Made by a program: the position numbers and the translations under genes. A stretch of 64,000 nt of DNA from Trueperaceae bacterium (GTDB lineage: Bacteria; Deinococcota; Deinococci; Deinococcales; Trueperaceae). Below the pieces are notes generated by a model. The model was given only the letters and a program-made list of their open reading frames with translations, was not told the origin of the DNA and made no database searches. Shown here one piece after another: positions 28,124 through 38,981 of this stretch. The stretch is taken from assembly GCA_035703635.1 (NCBI GenBank), contig DASSXV010000010.1, positions 32,001 through 96,000 of the forward strand, read 5' to 3'. Positions within the stretch are counted from its first letter, which is position 1. Every line of letters starts with the position of its first letter.

Positions 28124-28717
28124 ATGAAGATCTACACGCGCACGGGTGACGACGGCAGCACCGGACTGTTCGGTGGCTCGCGAGTGGGGAAGGACGACGC
28201 CAGGGTTGAGGCGTACGGCACCGTTGACGAGGCCAACGCCGCGCTAGGTTTGGCCCGTGCCGAGTTGGCCAAGGAAGGCCCGGTAGAGCCTGAACTAGAA
28301 GCCGACCTCGCGCAGTTGCAGAGCCTGCTCTTCGACCTCGGCGCGGACCTCGCCACACCTGGCGGAAGCAAGACGCGCGACTTCATCCAACCGATCCAAG
28401 AGGCCGACGTGGACCACCTCGAGGCGCTGATCGATCATTATTCGGAGGAGTTGCCACCACTCACGCATTTCATCCTGCCTGGCGGCACCGCTGCCTCCGC
28501 CGCGTTGCAACTGACGCGCGCGGTGCTTAGGCGCGCCGAGCGCCACGCCGTCGCCCTCGCACGCCACGAAGACGTGGGTCACCACGTACTGCCGCTCCTC
28601 AACCGCCTGTCGGACTTGTTCTTCGTGCTGGCGCGCGTCGCGTGCGTCCGCGCCGGCGTGGCGGAGGTCGTGTGGGTGGCGCGCAAGCCGGAGCGCAAGC
28701 GCCGCCCAACCAGCTAG
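28124..28717 (+). CDS. PduO-type ATP:cob(I)alamin adenosyltransferase
   Basis: MKIYTRTGDDGST, YGTVDE.N, FILPGG, RRAER, LNRLSDLFF. Confidence 0.93.
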   Translation: MKIYTRTGDDGSTGLFGGSRVGKDDARVEAYGTVDEANAALGLARAELAKEGPVEPELEADLAQLQSLLFDLGADLATPGGSKTRDFIQPIQEADVDHLEALIDHYSEELPPLTHFILPGGTAASAALQLTRAVLRRAERHAVALARHEDVGHHVLPLLNRLSDLFFVLARVACVRAGVAEVVWVARKPERKRRPTS

Positions 28718-29784
28718 CGGGGCTGGCGGAGGTCAGTCACGCTGTTCAAGCCGCGACGGTCGAGCTCGGCGGAGATGCCCGTGAGGATCTCGCGTACGAC
28801 CTCGGGCCCGCGGTAGATGAACGCCGTGTAGAGCTGCAGCAGGTCGGCGCCCGCTTCGAGCCTGGCGATGGCGTCCTGACTGCTCCAGATGCCGCCTACC
28901 GCCACGACGGGCAACGCCGTGCGCTCGCGGATCTGTTCGAGGACGCGCATGGCGCGGCCAGCTAGCGGCTTGCCAGATAACCCGCCCTCCTCTGACCGGT
29001 GTGCCGAAGTGAGGCCGTCACGCGCGAGGGTCGTGTTCGTCGCCACCAGGCCAGTGGCTCCGGCGCCACCAGCGGCGTCCACCAGGTCGGCGAGTTCGGC
29101 GCCGTCCAGGTCGGGGGCCAGCTTCACCAGCACGGGCTTGTGGCCAAGCGACCCTCGAAGGTCGTTGACTACCCGTAGCAGCTCAACGAGGGGTTCCGTG
29201 CGTTGCAGCGTGCGCAGCCCCGGGGTGTTCGGGGACGAGACGTTCACCACGAGGTAATCGGCGACGTTCCACACGGCCGTGAGGCCCGCGCGGTAATCGT
29301 CGGCCGCACCGTCGATGCTCGCCGCTCGCGATTTGCCGACGTTGACGCCCAAGACCGCTCCGCTGGCGCCACGCCGTAGCGCCGCCAGCCGCTCCGCGAT
29401 GGCCGTGGCGCCCGCGTTGTTGAAGCCCATGCGGTTGATGAGCGCCTCGTCCTCGATGAGGCGAAAGAGCCGCGGCCGCGGGTTGCCAGGCTGAGGTAGG
29501 GCGGTGACGCTCCCCAACTCGACCGCCCCGAAGCCCATGGCAGCTAGAGCGGGGAACGCCACCCCGTTCTTGTCCAGCCCGGCCGCCAAGCCAAGTGGGT
29601 TGGGGAAGCGCAACCCGAAGGCGTCGACCGCTAAGCGTGGGTCGCTAGCCGGTGCGAGGAGGCCAAGGAGCCGAGGCAAGGTGACGGTGCGACTAGCCAG
29701 CGCCAGGCCGGACATCACCAAGTGGTGGGCGCGCTCCGGTTCGAGTTCGAACAGTGCGCGCTTGACTATGGGGTAGAAGTTCAC
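28714..29784 (-). CDS. pyrD: Quinone-dependent dihydroorotate dehydrogenase
   Basis: [50 protein letters not shown]. Confidence 0.96.
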   Translation of the reverse strand: MNFYPIVKRALFELEPERAHHLVMSGLALASRTVTLPRLLGLLAPASDPRLAVDAFGLRFPNPLGLAAGLDKNGVAFPALAAMGFGAVELGSVTALPQPGNPRPRLFRLIEDEALINRMGFNNAGATAIAERLAALRRGASGAVLGVNVGKSRAASIDGAADDYRAGLTAVWNVADYLVVNVSSPNTPGLRTLQRTEPLVELLRVVNDLRGSLGHKPVLVKLAPDLDGAELADLVDAAGGAGATGLVATNTTLARDGLTSAHRSEEGGLSGKPLAGRAMRVLEQIRERTALPVVAVGGIWSSQDAIARLEAGADLLQLYTAFIYRGPEVVREILTGISAELDRRGLNSVTDLRQPR

Positions 29785-29876
29785 TAGGTTCCTTTGGCAG
29801 CTGCGCGCCTGCGCGCTAGGCAGTTGAGTTTACCCGAGCGGCGTTCTAGGCGGCTTCTGGGCCGTGGTAACGTCCC

Positions 29877-30701
29877 TTGGTGCAAGAGCAGCTCTTCGAG
29901 TCGGAGTTCGAGCAGTTCCTGGTCGTCCAGGAACACTTCAACGGTACACTCGGCGAGCTCGCCCACGCGCTGCGCACCCACGAGCTGGCGCCCGCTCGCC
30001 TCGACCTTTACCACCTCGTCAGGGCGTACCTCGCTTACTTCGAACACCACGCGGCCGGGGACCTCGAGCTCGCTACCGAAGCGCTGCCGCGCGTGGCACA
30101 AGTCATCGAACTCAAGACGCGCCTGCTGCTCCCGAAGCCCCCGCGAGAAGCGGAGGAAGAAGAGGAGGAGGCGGTCGCTGCCGCCCTCGAGGCGGTCGCT
30201 CTGCTCGAGGAGTTGGAGGAGGCCATCCTCTTCCTGCGCAGGCGCCGGGAAGAGCGCCGCCTCGTCGTGCCAGCGCGCGCGCCCACCCCAATTTACCCGC
30301 GCAAGGAGCGCCCGCAGCGCGTCACCCCCCGCGACCTTGCGCGTATGGCTGGCAGGTACCGGGTGGGTGGTTACTTCGAGCTTGCCATCGAACGCTTGAC
30401 GCTCGCAAGCATGGCGCGCTTCCTCCTCCAGGCCCTGAAGCGCGTGAGGCGCGGGCCGCTATGGGAACTGCTCGATGCGCGCGACTGGCCGACGCGCACT
30501 GTCGGCCTGGCGGCCGTGCTCGAGCTCGTGCGCGAGGGGCGCCTTGTCGCTACGCAGGACGAACCGTTCAGCGAGATAGTGGTGACCGCCGCCAGTGGAC
30601 GGGCAGCAGCGGATGCCGACGCCGCCAAGGACTTAGCTGGTGACGACTGGGCTGAGGACGAGTCCGACGCGGACGCGCTCACTAGCCAACCCGCAGCTTA
30701 G
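29877..30701 (+). CDS. scpA: Segregation and condensation protein A (kleisin)
   Basis: F.GTL..L, IELKTRLLLP, C-terminal AVLELVREG....Q.EPF.EI winged helix. Confidence 0.8.
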   Translation: MVQEQLFESEFEQFLVVQEHFNGTLGELAHALRTHELAPARLDLYHLVRAYLAYFEHHAAGDLELATEALPRVAQVIELKTRLLLPKPPREAEEEEEEAVAAALEAVALLEELEEAILFLRRRREERRLVVPARAPTPIYPRKERPQRVTPRDLARMAGRYRVGGYFELAIERLTLASMARFLLQALKRVRRGPLWELLDARDWPTRTVGLAAVLELVREGRLVATQDEPFSEIVVTAASGRAAADADAAKDLAGDDWAEDESDADALTSQPAA

Positions 30702-31549
30702 AACTCCAGGGTTCCCTCTTCAGCTAACCGCCGCGCCATCATCTCGCCTACCGCCACGGCGGATGTCGGCTCCGCGCCGTCCTCCATGCTCCACACGGCA
30801 GAGAGGCCAGCCCACGCGAGGGCCCAACGCCGTTGCCGTGCGAGGTCGAGACCAGCTGCCGCCGCCGATATCGCCAGTTGCCGCTCGACCAGTTCTTGCT
30901 CGGGCGGCACGACCACGTCGCGGTCGAAGAGGTGGTGTACGTGGTCGAAGCCGCGCTCGCCGTAGAGTCCCTTCGGGTCGATCGCCAACCAGCCGCGCTC
31001 CTCACCGAAGTCGAGGACGTTCTCATGATGCAAGTCGCCGTGCAGCACGACCTCGTCCTGCGGAGCGGCCAGCAGTTCGCGCGCAGCGGCTGCACTGGCG
31101 CGGAACACGCCCCCGAGGCGCTCCGCGGCTGGCCATAGGTCGCGGAACCAGCGCTCTAGCGTCACTAGCCGTGGCGGAGGGGCAGCAGTGCGCCCGAAGT
31201 GCAGCGTAGCGGCAGTGTCGGCGAGGATGCGAGTCGCCCCTTCGTCGTCGCCGCTTTCGACCATGCGTAACAGCGAGCGCTTACCCTCTGCCCGCTCCAG
31301 CACGAGCGCGCCCGTCCCCTCGTCCCATGCGAACACGGTCGCCGCACCCTCGCCTGCCCACCACGCCATGACCCGGCTGCCACTGCGCTCCTCGTGGCTG
31401 CTCGGGACCTTGAGCATCGCGGGCGCGCCTGCCGCCAGGCGCACTGGCAGGAGGAGGCTACGGGTGTAGCTCGTGAAAGGCGCCCCGTCTGGCACGAGAG
31501 CCCAGGCGTCAAGGTACTCACGGAAACCTTCGAGTGCAGGGTCGTTCAT
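30698..31549 (-). CDS. APH(6)/StrB-like aminoglycoside phosphotransferase-family kinase
   Basis: PAMLK, EE..G..VM.WW.G.GA, LHGDLHHENVL, WLAIDPKGL.GE. Confidence 0.85.
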   Translation of the reverse strand: MNDPALEGFREYLDAWALVPDGAPFTSYTRSLLLPVRLAAGAPAMLKVPSSHEERSGSRVMAWWAGEGAATVFAWDEGTGALVLERAEGKRSLLRMVESGDDEGATRILADTAATLHFGRTAAPPPRLVTLERWFRDLWPAAERLGGVFRASAAAARELLAAPQDEVVLHGDLHHENVLDFGEERGWLAIDPKGLYGERGFDHVHHLFDRDVVVPPEQELVERQLAISAAAAGLDLARQRRWALAWAGLSAVWSMEDGAEPTSAVAVGEMMARRLAEEGTLEF

Positions 31550-31572
31550 GCCGTGGAGCGAATGGTAACCGA

Positions 31573-31611
31573 CGCGGGCGCCGCCGACTCGAATGGTCGG
31601 CGGCGCCCGCG
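31573..31611 (-). terminator. Strong hairpin downstream of typA
   Basis: Perfect 16-bp stem CGCGGGCGCCGCCGAC/GTCGGCGGCGCCCGCG; weak U-tract. Confidence 0.6.
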
Positions 31612-31629
31612 AAGAGCGTTCCGCGTGGC

Positions 31630-33435
<1,806 letters not shown>

Positions 33436-33656
33436 GAACTCTCCGGGGTATCGCGCGTAGGGAGCTAGGTACACGCGTAACGGGAGAGTATAGCGGAAGG
33501 GACAGCTTTTCGTGCGCCAGCTTGTTACGTGGCCGGCGGCCGCGTTGTCGGGCAACACCTTGCACCGCGGTTGCTTGGTAGCTTCTGGCACGGGCGGAGC
33601 CAAGTTCCGCAGTCCGGTGAGACCGGCAGATCGACCAGCTTTTACAAGGAGCCACC

Positions 33657-33956
33657 ATGTCTGAGAAGACCACAGCGCCGCAGGCGAACATCACGCTCTA
33701 CACCACTAGTTGGTGCGGCGACTGCCATGCCCTCAAGCGTTTCCTCGACGCCAAGGGTCTCGTGTACCTGGAAGTGAACATCGAGGAGGACGCGGTAGCA
33801 GCCGAGCTCGTCATGCGCGTCAACGACGGCAGGCGCAGCGTGCCGACGGTGGTGGCTGGCGACGTGGTCGAGAGCCTCTCGAACTTCTCACCGATGAAGG
33901 CGAACGCCTTCCTAGCGCGTGCCGGAATGGTCGGCGCCTCGGCTTCTGCCAGCTGA
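33657..33956 (+). CDS. Glutaredoxin/mycoredoxin-like protein
   Basis: YTTSWCGDC, G.RSVPTV; AAGGAG SD. Confidence 0.85.
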   Translation: MSEKTTAPQANITLYTTSWCGDCHALKRFLDAKGLVYLEVNIEEDAVAAELVMRVNDGRRSVPTVVAGDVVESLSNFSPMKANAFLARAGMVGASASAS

Positions 33957-34055
33957 TTCGGGCCGCTGGTCGGGCGCTTGCCGCTGCCGACCGACCGCGT
34001 CCATGCGTCGCCGTAGCGCTGCTTGTGCCGCATGGCACATGGTAGTCTCGCCCGC

Positions 34056-34823
34056 ATGACAGACCTCGGGGCGGGGCCAGACCCCCGTCGAGACGGTGAC
34101 CGCGCGACGCGTGTGCAAGCCATGTTCTCCGACATCGCGCCGACCTACGACCTGTTGAACGGCGTCCTGTCACTCGGGGTGGATCGCCGCTGGCGTGCCC
34201 AAGCAGCGCACGCCGCTCTCGCCAACGTGCCGGTAGGCGGAAGCGCCGTGCTAGACGTTGCGACTGGCACAGGTGACCTGGCCTTCACGATCAAGGGCCA
34301 GCGGCCGGACGTGAGAGTGGTCGGGGCCGACTTCGCGGCGCCGATGCTCGAGTTGGCCCGCGGCAAGGCCGCCAAGCGCGGTGTCGCCATCGAGTTCGTG
34401 CAGGCGGACGGCACGGCGTTGCCGTACCCAGACGGGTCGTTCGACGCCGTCACCATCGCGTACGGCCTGCGCAACTTCGCAGACCCGGACGCCGGGCTGC
34501 GGGAGTTCAGGCGCGTACTCAAGCCCTGCGGGCGTTTGGTGATACTCGAGTTCCCCCCGCCTCCCGTTGGCTTCTTCGGGGCGATCTTCCGCTTCTACTT
34601 CACGCGCGTGCTGCCAAGACTTGGCGGCATCGTGTCCGGCGCACCTGGCGCCTACGCCTACTTGCCGGAGTCAGTGCTCGCCTTCTTCACTCCCGCAGCG
34701 CTCGAAGTGCGCCTCCGCGCAGCCGGGTTCGCAGCGGTAGAGTACCGGCTACAGACTTTCGGGATCTCGGCGCTCCACGTGGCGGACGCCAGTTCATCAC
34801 GGTCGGAGAGTGACAATGACTGA
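34056..34823 (+). CDS. menG: Demethylmenaquinone methyltransferase (UbiE/MenG)
   Basis: MFSDIA..YD..N..LS.G....WR, LDVATGTGD, YGLRN, RVLKP.G, Y.YL.ES. Confidence 0.9.
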   Translation: MTDLGAGPDPRRDGDRATRVQAMFSDIAPTYDLLNGVLSLGVDRRWRAQAAHAALANVPVGGSAVLDVATGTGDLAFTIKGQRPDVRVVGADFAAPMLELARGKAAKRGVAIEFVQADGTALPYPDGSFDAVTIAYGLRNFADPDAGLREFRRVLKPCGRLVILEFPPPPVGFFGAIFRFYFTRVLPRLGGIVSGAPGAYAYLPESVLAFFTPAALEVRLRAAGFAAVEYRLQTFGISALHVADASSSRSESDND

Positions 34824-35496
34824 CGAGTTCGAACTTAGCCACGAAACCGACCAGCGCGCCGCCTTCACCCCCGCAATGGAGGGCTTGACGCAGCGCGCCG
34901 TGACGCCTTACGTGACGACCGACTTGGGGTTCGAGATCAATACGGACTCCTCGTTGTTCGACGCCACCTTCGAAGAGGGCAACGACGGCCATGACAGGCG
35001 CTTCGGCCTGGCCATCGACCACCTCAAGGGAACCGTCAAGGGGCGCGCGTACGACAACGACGTCATGCGCCTGCGCGTCGGTCCAGGCGGTTACTACGCG
35101 CAGTCGCAACGCTTCCCGGCCGCGTTCTTCGGCGATACGGCGCGCGCCAAAGTGAGTTTCGTGAGCGAGGCGGAAGCCGCCGCCGTCGTGTGGGAGGCAG
35201 TCGCGCACTACCGTTCGGAGGAGGCGCGCTCCCTGCTGTGCGTCTACTCCGACGACGACGCGCCCGACTTCTTCCTCGGTTACCGCGTTAGCGACGACCA
35301 CCGCTACGAGATCGGCAACCTCTCGCGCGCGGTGCCCCTGCACATGCGGGTGTTGTTCGACGCTGCAGAGGACGTGTCACTCGTCGGTGCGCCGTCAGGC
35401 ACGGTCATCTACCAGCGCACGCGCACGGGCAAGCACGTCGTGGTCAAGGCGGCGGGCCGCCGTCGCCCCCTCCTCGTCGGCTACGGCCAGCACTGA
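34816..35496 (+). CDS. Hypothetical protein
   Basis: Coding-like GC3 bias, GGAG SD, overlaps the menG stop; no family recognised. Confidence 0.75.
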   Translation: MTDEFELSHETDQRAAFTPAMEGLTQRAVTPYVTTDLGFEINTDSSLFDATFEEGNDGHDRRFGLAIDHLKGTVKGRAYDNDVMRLRVGPGGYYAQSQRFPAAFFGDTARAKVSFVSEAEAAAVVWEAVAHYRSEEARSLLCVYSDDDAPDFFLGYRVSDDHRYEIGNLSRAVPLHMRVLFDAAEDVSLVGAPSGTVIYQRTRTGKHVVVKAAGRRRPLLVGYGQH

Positions 35497-35511
35497 CCTG
35501 AAGGCGCCGAC

Positions 35512-36231
35512 TTGAAGCACGACCTCATCGTGGTTGGTGGCGGCATCGCAGGGTGCGAAGCCGCCTACGCTAGCGCGCGCGCCGGGGTACGCACGCTGCT
35601 CGTCACCACTAGCCTTGACACTCTCTACGCCCTGGCTCACGACAACTACGACCTGAACGCTCCAAGCGGCAGCCTCATGGCGGCGTGCACGACGACGCTA
35701 GAGGCGACGAACGTCAACGCCGTGGCGTTGCGGCGCGAAGCCAAGCGCCTGCTCGAAGCCGAAACGGATCTCCACCTGCTGCAGTCGACGACCTCCGAGT
35801 TGCTGCTCGCGGGCGACGCGGTGATCGGCATAAGCACCTGGGAGGGCGTCGACCGCTTGAGCGGGCGCGTTGCGCTCTGCGTAGGTAGTTTCCTCAACGC
35901 CAGGCTAAGGGTCGGCACTAGCGAGGAGCACGCTGGCCGCCTGAGCGAGATGGCGTACGACGACCTCTATCACGACTTAGTAGGGCACGGCTTCCTGTTC
36001 GAAACTGCGCAGCTGCGGGTCGACGGGTTGAGTGGCGGGCTGCCTTACACGGTCGACTGCGCGGTGCTCAGCCAAGGGGAGTGGACGCAGCGCGGCTCTC
36101 GCCTAGCCCGCTTCGCGGGGCTGTACGCTGCAGGCGCCTGCGTTGGGCGCTTCGGTTACGTTAGCGCCGCGCAGGACGGGATGGCGTTGGCCGCAAGCGT
36201 CGTCGAGGACCTCGGCACCCCGCCGGCTTGA
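35512..36231 (+). CDS. Short GidA/MnmG-related FAD-binding protein
   Basis: DLIVVGGGIAGCEAA, GSFL, GRLSE, GLYAAG; only 239 aa. Confidence 0.8.
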   Translation: MKHDLIVVGGGIAGCEAAYASARAGVRTLLVTTSLDTLYALAHDNYDLNAPSGSLMAACTTTLEATNVNAVALRREAKRLLEAETDLHLLQSTTSELLLAGDAVIGISTWEGVDRLSGRVALCVGSFLNARLRVGTSEEHAGRLSEMAYDDLYHDLVGHGFLFETAQLRVDGLSGGLPYTVDCAVLSQGEWTQRGSRLARFAGLYAAGACVGRFGYVSAAQDGMALAASVVEDLGTPPA

Positions 36232-36257
36232 CGGCGCTCGAAGCGCGCGCTGGCGAC

Positions 36258-36491
36258 TCAGTGGTGCTTGGCGGTGGTGGGGGCGCTGCCGGTGATCCTC
36301 GTGGTGTCGTTGATTGGGCGCGTATAGCGCTCCATCTTCGTCAGCTCAGACGCCGCCGCCCAGACTACCCGCGCGCCCTCCGGGGTAGTGGCCAACAGGC
36401 GGAACTGGTAAGGCGGACGGGGCGACGAGGTGCTGATGACATAGCGCTCGCCCTGGTAGAGGACCTCTTCACCTGTGCTGAAGGTAGCCAT
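36258..36491 (-). CDS. Small hypothetical protein (77 aa)
   Basis: ATG preceded by TAGGCT-N6; fills the gap between convergent genes; protein-like composition. Confidence 0.65.
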   Translation of the reverse strand: MATFSTGEEVLYQGERYVISTSSPRPPYQFRLLATTPEGARVVWAAASELTKMERYTRPINDTTRITGSAPTTAKHH

Positions 36492-36547
36492 GCCCTAAGC
36501 CTACCCTTGGTGCCGACCTAGCGCAGGGGCTTACGGCCCGTGGTCGG

Positions 36548-37384
36548 CTAACTCGCCGCGAAGATGGGTTCGCGCAGGACGGGGAAGAGGCCCCGAGCGC
36601 GGCCGCGCTCGAGCAACTGGCGCACGGCCCGCTCACCTTCTTCTCCGACGTCACGCGAGAAGGCGTTGACGTAAAGGTCGATGTGCTTCTGACGCACGTC
36701 GGGCGCCATCTCTTGAGCATTGACGGCGATGTACTCCCGCGACGCTTGTGGGTCGCTCCAAGCGTGCTCGAGGCTGGCTGTTATGAGCGACGTCAGACGC
36801 GCGTGCATGCCGGCTCCAAGCGTGCGCTTGGCGACGATGGCGCCCAGCGGCACGAGCCCACCGACCTCCGATTCCCACCAGGACCCAAGGTCGACGAGTG
36901 CGTGCAGCCCATGAGCCTGATAGGTGAAGCGGCTTTCGTGGATTATCAGTCCAGCGTCGACGTCGCCCGCCACTACGGCCGGCATGATGGCGTCGTAACG
37001 CAGTTCAGTCAGCTCGAGGCCCTCTGGGCGCCATAGTTCGAGCAGTAGCTTGGCGGTCGTGCGCCCGCCCGGCACGGCGACGCGCTTACCGCGCAGGTCG
37101 AGCTCGGGAGTGGCGGCGACGAGCAACGGCCCTACGCCGCGCCCCAACGCCCCGCCGCTACGTAACAGCACGTAGTCTGAGGCGATGTAGCCGTAGGCGT
37201 GATAGCTCACCTTGGCGACGTCAAGCAGTCCGCCCGCCGTGGCCCGGTTCATGGCCTCGACGTCATCGAGCGCCACGTCGAACTCTAGGTCGTCAGCGCC
37301 TGCCACGAGGCCGTGAGTCAGCGCGTGGAAGATGAAAGTGTCGTTCGGGCATGGCGAGTAGCCAAGGGAGAGGCGGGTGCTCAC
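36548..37384 (-). CDS. mqnD: 1,4-dihydroxy-6-naphthoate synthase (futalosine pathway)
   Basis: GYSPCPNDTFIF, GGALGRGVGP, IIHESRFTY, DLG.WW, PLG, HIDLYVN. Confidence 0.93.
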   Translation of the reverse strand: MSTRLSLGYSPCPNDTFIFHALTHGLVAGADDLEFDVALDDVEAMNRATAGGLLDVAKVSYHAYGYIASDYVLLRSGGALGRGVGPLLVAATPELDLRGKRVAVPGGRTTAKLLLELWRPEGLELTELRYDAIMPAVVAGDVDAGLIIHESRFTYQAHGLHALVDLGSWWESEVGGLVPLGAIVAKRTLGAGMHARLTSLITASLEHAWSDPQASREYIAVNAQEMAPDVRQKHIDLYVNAFSRDVGEEGERAVRQLLERGRARGLFPVLREPIFAAS

Positions 37385-37386
37385 TC

Positions 37387-37833
37387 CTAGTCTTCCACCG
37401 CGCGCGCCGCGCTACCACCGAGCAACCTGGCATGCTCGACCTTGATGCACTTGTCCTGCACGACGCTGATGCCCGCGGCCTCGAGCTGCGCCGCGGCCTC
37501 GTCGTTGCGGATACCCAACTGGAACCACACGACCTTAGGGAGCGGGTTCATGGCGAGGATGTCTGGCAGGTGCGGCGGGATGTCGGCCGGGCGCCGGAAG
37601 ACGTCGACGAGGTCGACCGGAGCGCCGATCTCCGCGAGGGTCGCCGTTACCGCCTCGCCGAACAACTCCCCGCCAGCAGCGGCCGGGTTCACTGGCAGCA
37701 CCGTGTAGCCGTGGTTCACTAAGTAGGCAGGGACGTAGTGAGCGGGCTTCTCGCTGTTCGTGCTCGCGCCAAGCACGGCGATGGTCTTGGCGCCCTTCAG
37801 GGCGTCACGCAGTTGCTCGTCCGTCTGTTCCAT
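37387..37833 (-). CDS. CoA-binding protein (YccU-like)
   Basis: TIAVLGAS, PVNP, VDLVDVFR, VWFQLGI.N, VQDKC..VEH. Confidence 0.9.
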   Translation of the reverse strand: MEQTDEQLRDALKGAKTIAVLGASTNSEKPAHYVPAYLVNHGYTVLPVNPAAAGGELFGEAVTATLAEIGAPVDLVDVFRRPADIPPHLPDILAMNPLPKVVWFQLGIRNDEAAAQLEAAGISVVQDKCIKVEHARLLGGSAARAVED

Positions 37834-38099
37834 GCGCTCAATCTATCCCCAGAACCCACCACGGCGCCGTATCGCTGAGGCTACCGTTCGCTCCCGGGCG
37901 AGCGGGCGCCCATGCCATGCGGCCGCGCCGGGGTGTGGTGGCACGCCGAACGCTTCGGCGGCGCGGGTGGCGTTGTAAGGTGGCGTACCGCTCTGCTACA
38001 ATCGAGCGCTGTGTGCGACATTGGCGAGGGGTCTCGCAAGGCAACGGCCAAGAGCCCTTCGACCGGTCGGCACGACAACTCACCCAGGAGGTGGAGTCC

Positions 38100-38624
38100 A
38101 TTTCGAAAGAGCTGAAAGTGAACGAGCAGATCCGCGTACGCCAAGTGCGCCTCATCGGGTCAGACGGCCAGCAGGTGGGAATCGTCGAGACTCGTGACGC
38201 GTTGCGCATGGCGCGCGAGGAAGACCTCGATCTCGTAATGGTGGGTGAAGCCGCGCAGCCCCCGGTCGCTAAACTGATGGACTACGGTAAGTACCGTTTC
38301 GAACTCCAACAGCAGACCAAGGACGCGCGTCGCCGTTCACGCCAACATGAGATGAAGTCGATCAAGTTTCGCGTCAAGATCGACGATCACGATTACGAGA
38401 CCAAGGTCAACCACATCCGCCGTTTCCTCAAGGGCGGTCACAAAGTGAAAGTGACCATCATGTTCCGCGGTCGTGAGCGCACCCACCCAGAGCTGGGTCA
38501 GGGCATCCTCAACCGCGTAGCCGCCGACGTCAACGAGCTTGCCGTCGTCGACGCCGCCCCGGTCATCGCCGGGATGGACATGAACATGATCCTGCGCCCG
38601 GCAGGAGTGACGGTGGAGAGCTGA
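38100..38624 (+). CDS. infC: Translation initiation factor IF-3 (ATT start)
   Basis: NEQIR...VRLIG, PPVAKLMDYGK, D.HDY.TK, KVKV..MFRGRE; AGGAGGT SD 7 nt before in-frame ATT at 38100. Confidence 0.95.
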   Translation: MSKELKVNEQIRVRQVRLIGSDGQQVGIVETRDALRMAREEDLDLVMVGEAAQPPVAKLMDYGKYRFELQQQTKDARRRSRQHEMKSIKFRVKIDDHDYETKVNHIRRFLKGGHKVKVTIMFRGRERTHPELGQGILNRVAADVNELAVVDAAPVIAGMDMNMILRPAGVTVES

Positions 38625-38771
38625 CGCTCTGCCTGCTCACGAGTAAGCCCCGAGAGTGGCGGACTTCCGAGCTAAAGTAGTAACCTTCTTGGGCGCAAGC
38701 GCCCAAGTGGGCGCCAAGGCGTGTACGGCCCAAGGCCGCGCACGTACGCAAGTACTAGGAGAGATAAGAGC

Positions 38772-38969
38772 ATGCCGAAACTCAAGACCCATAAGGGCAC
38801 CAAAGCCCGTGTGAAAATCACAGGGCGAGGTAAGGTCAAGGCCATGCGCTCCGGCAAGAGGCACCTGAACTTCAAGAAGTCAGGTCGCAAGATCCGCCAG
38901 GGCCGCACCGATCTGATCATCGCCAAGCCGGAAGCAGACCGCATAAAAGCGCTGCTCCCGTACGACTGA
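38772..38969 (+). CDS. rpmI: 50S ribosomal protein L35
   Basis: MPKLKTHKG..R...TG.GK...H. Confidence 0.96.
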   Translation: MPKLKTHKGTKARVKITGRGKVKAMRSGKRHLNFKKSGRKIRQGRTDLIIAKPEADRIKALLPYD

Positions 38970-38981
38970 GGAGGTTGAGCC

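Noticed and set aside
33436-33603. 56-aa N-terminal extension of TypA
   Set aside because: Homology begins at MNHRNVAII, and a TATACT -10 and GGAG SD lie within the supposed extension
37917-38099. N-terminally extended IF3 starting at 37917
   Set aside because: A -10 element, strong SD and in-frame ATT at 38100 match the usual infC start; the extension is not protein-like
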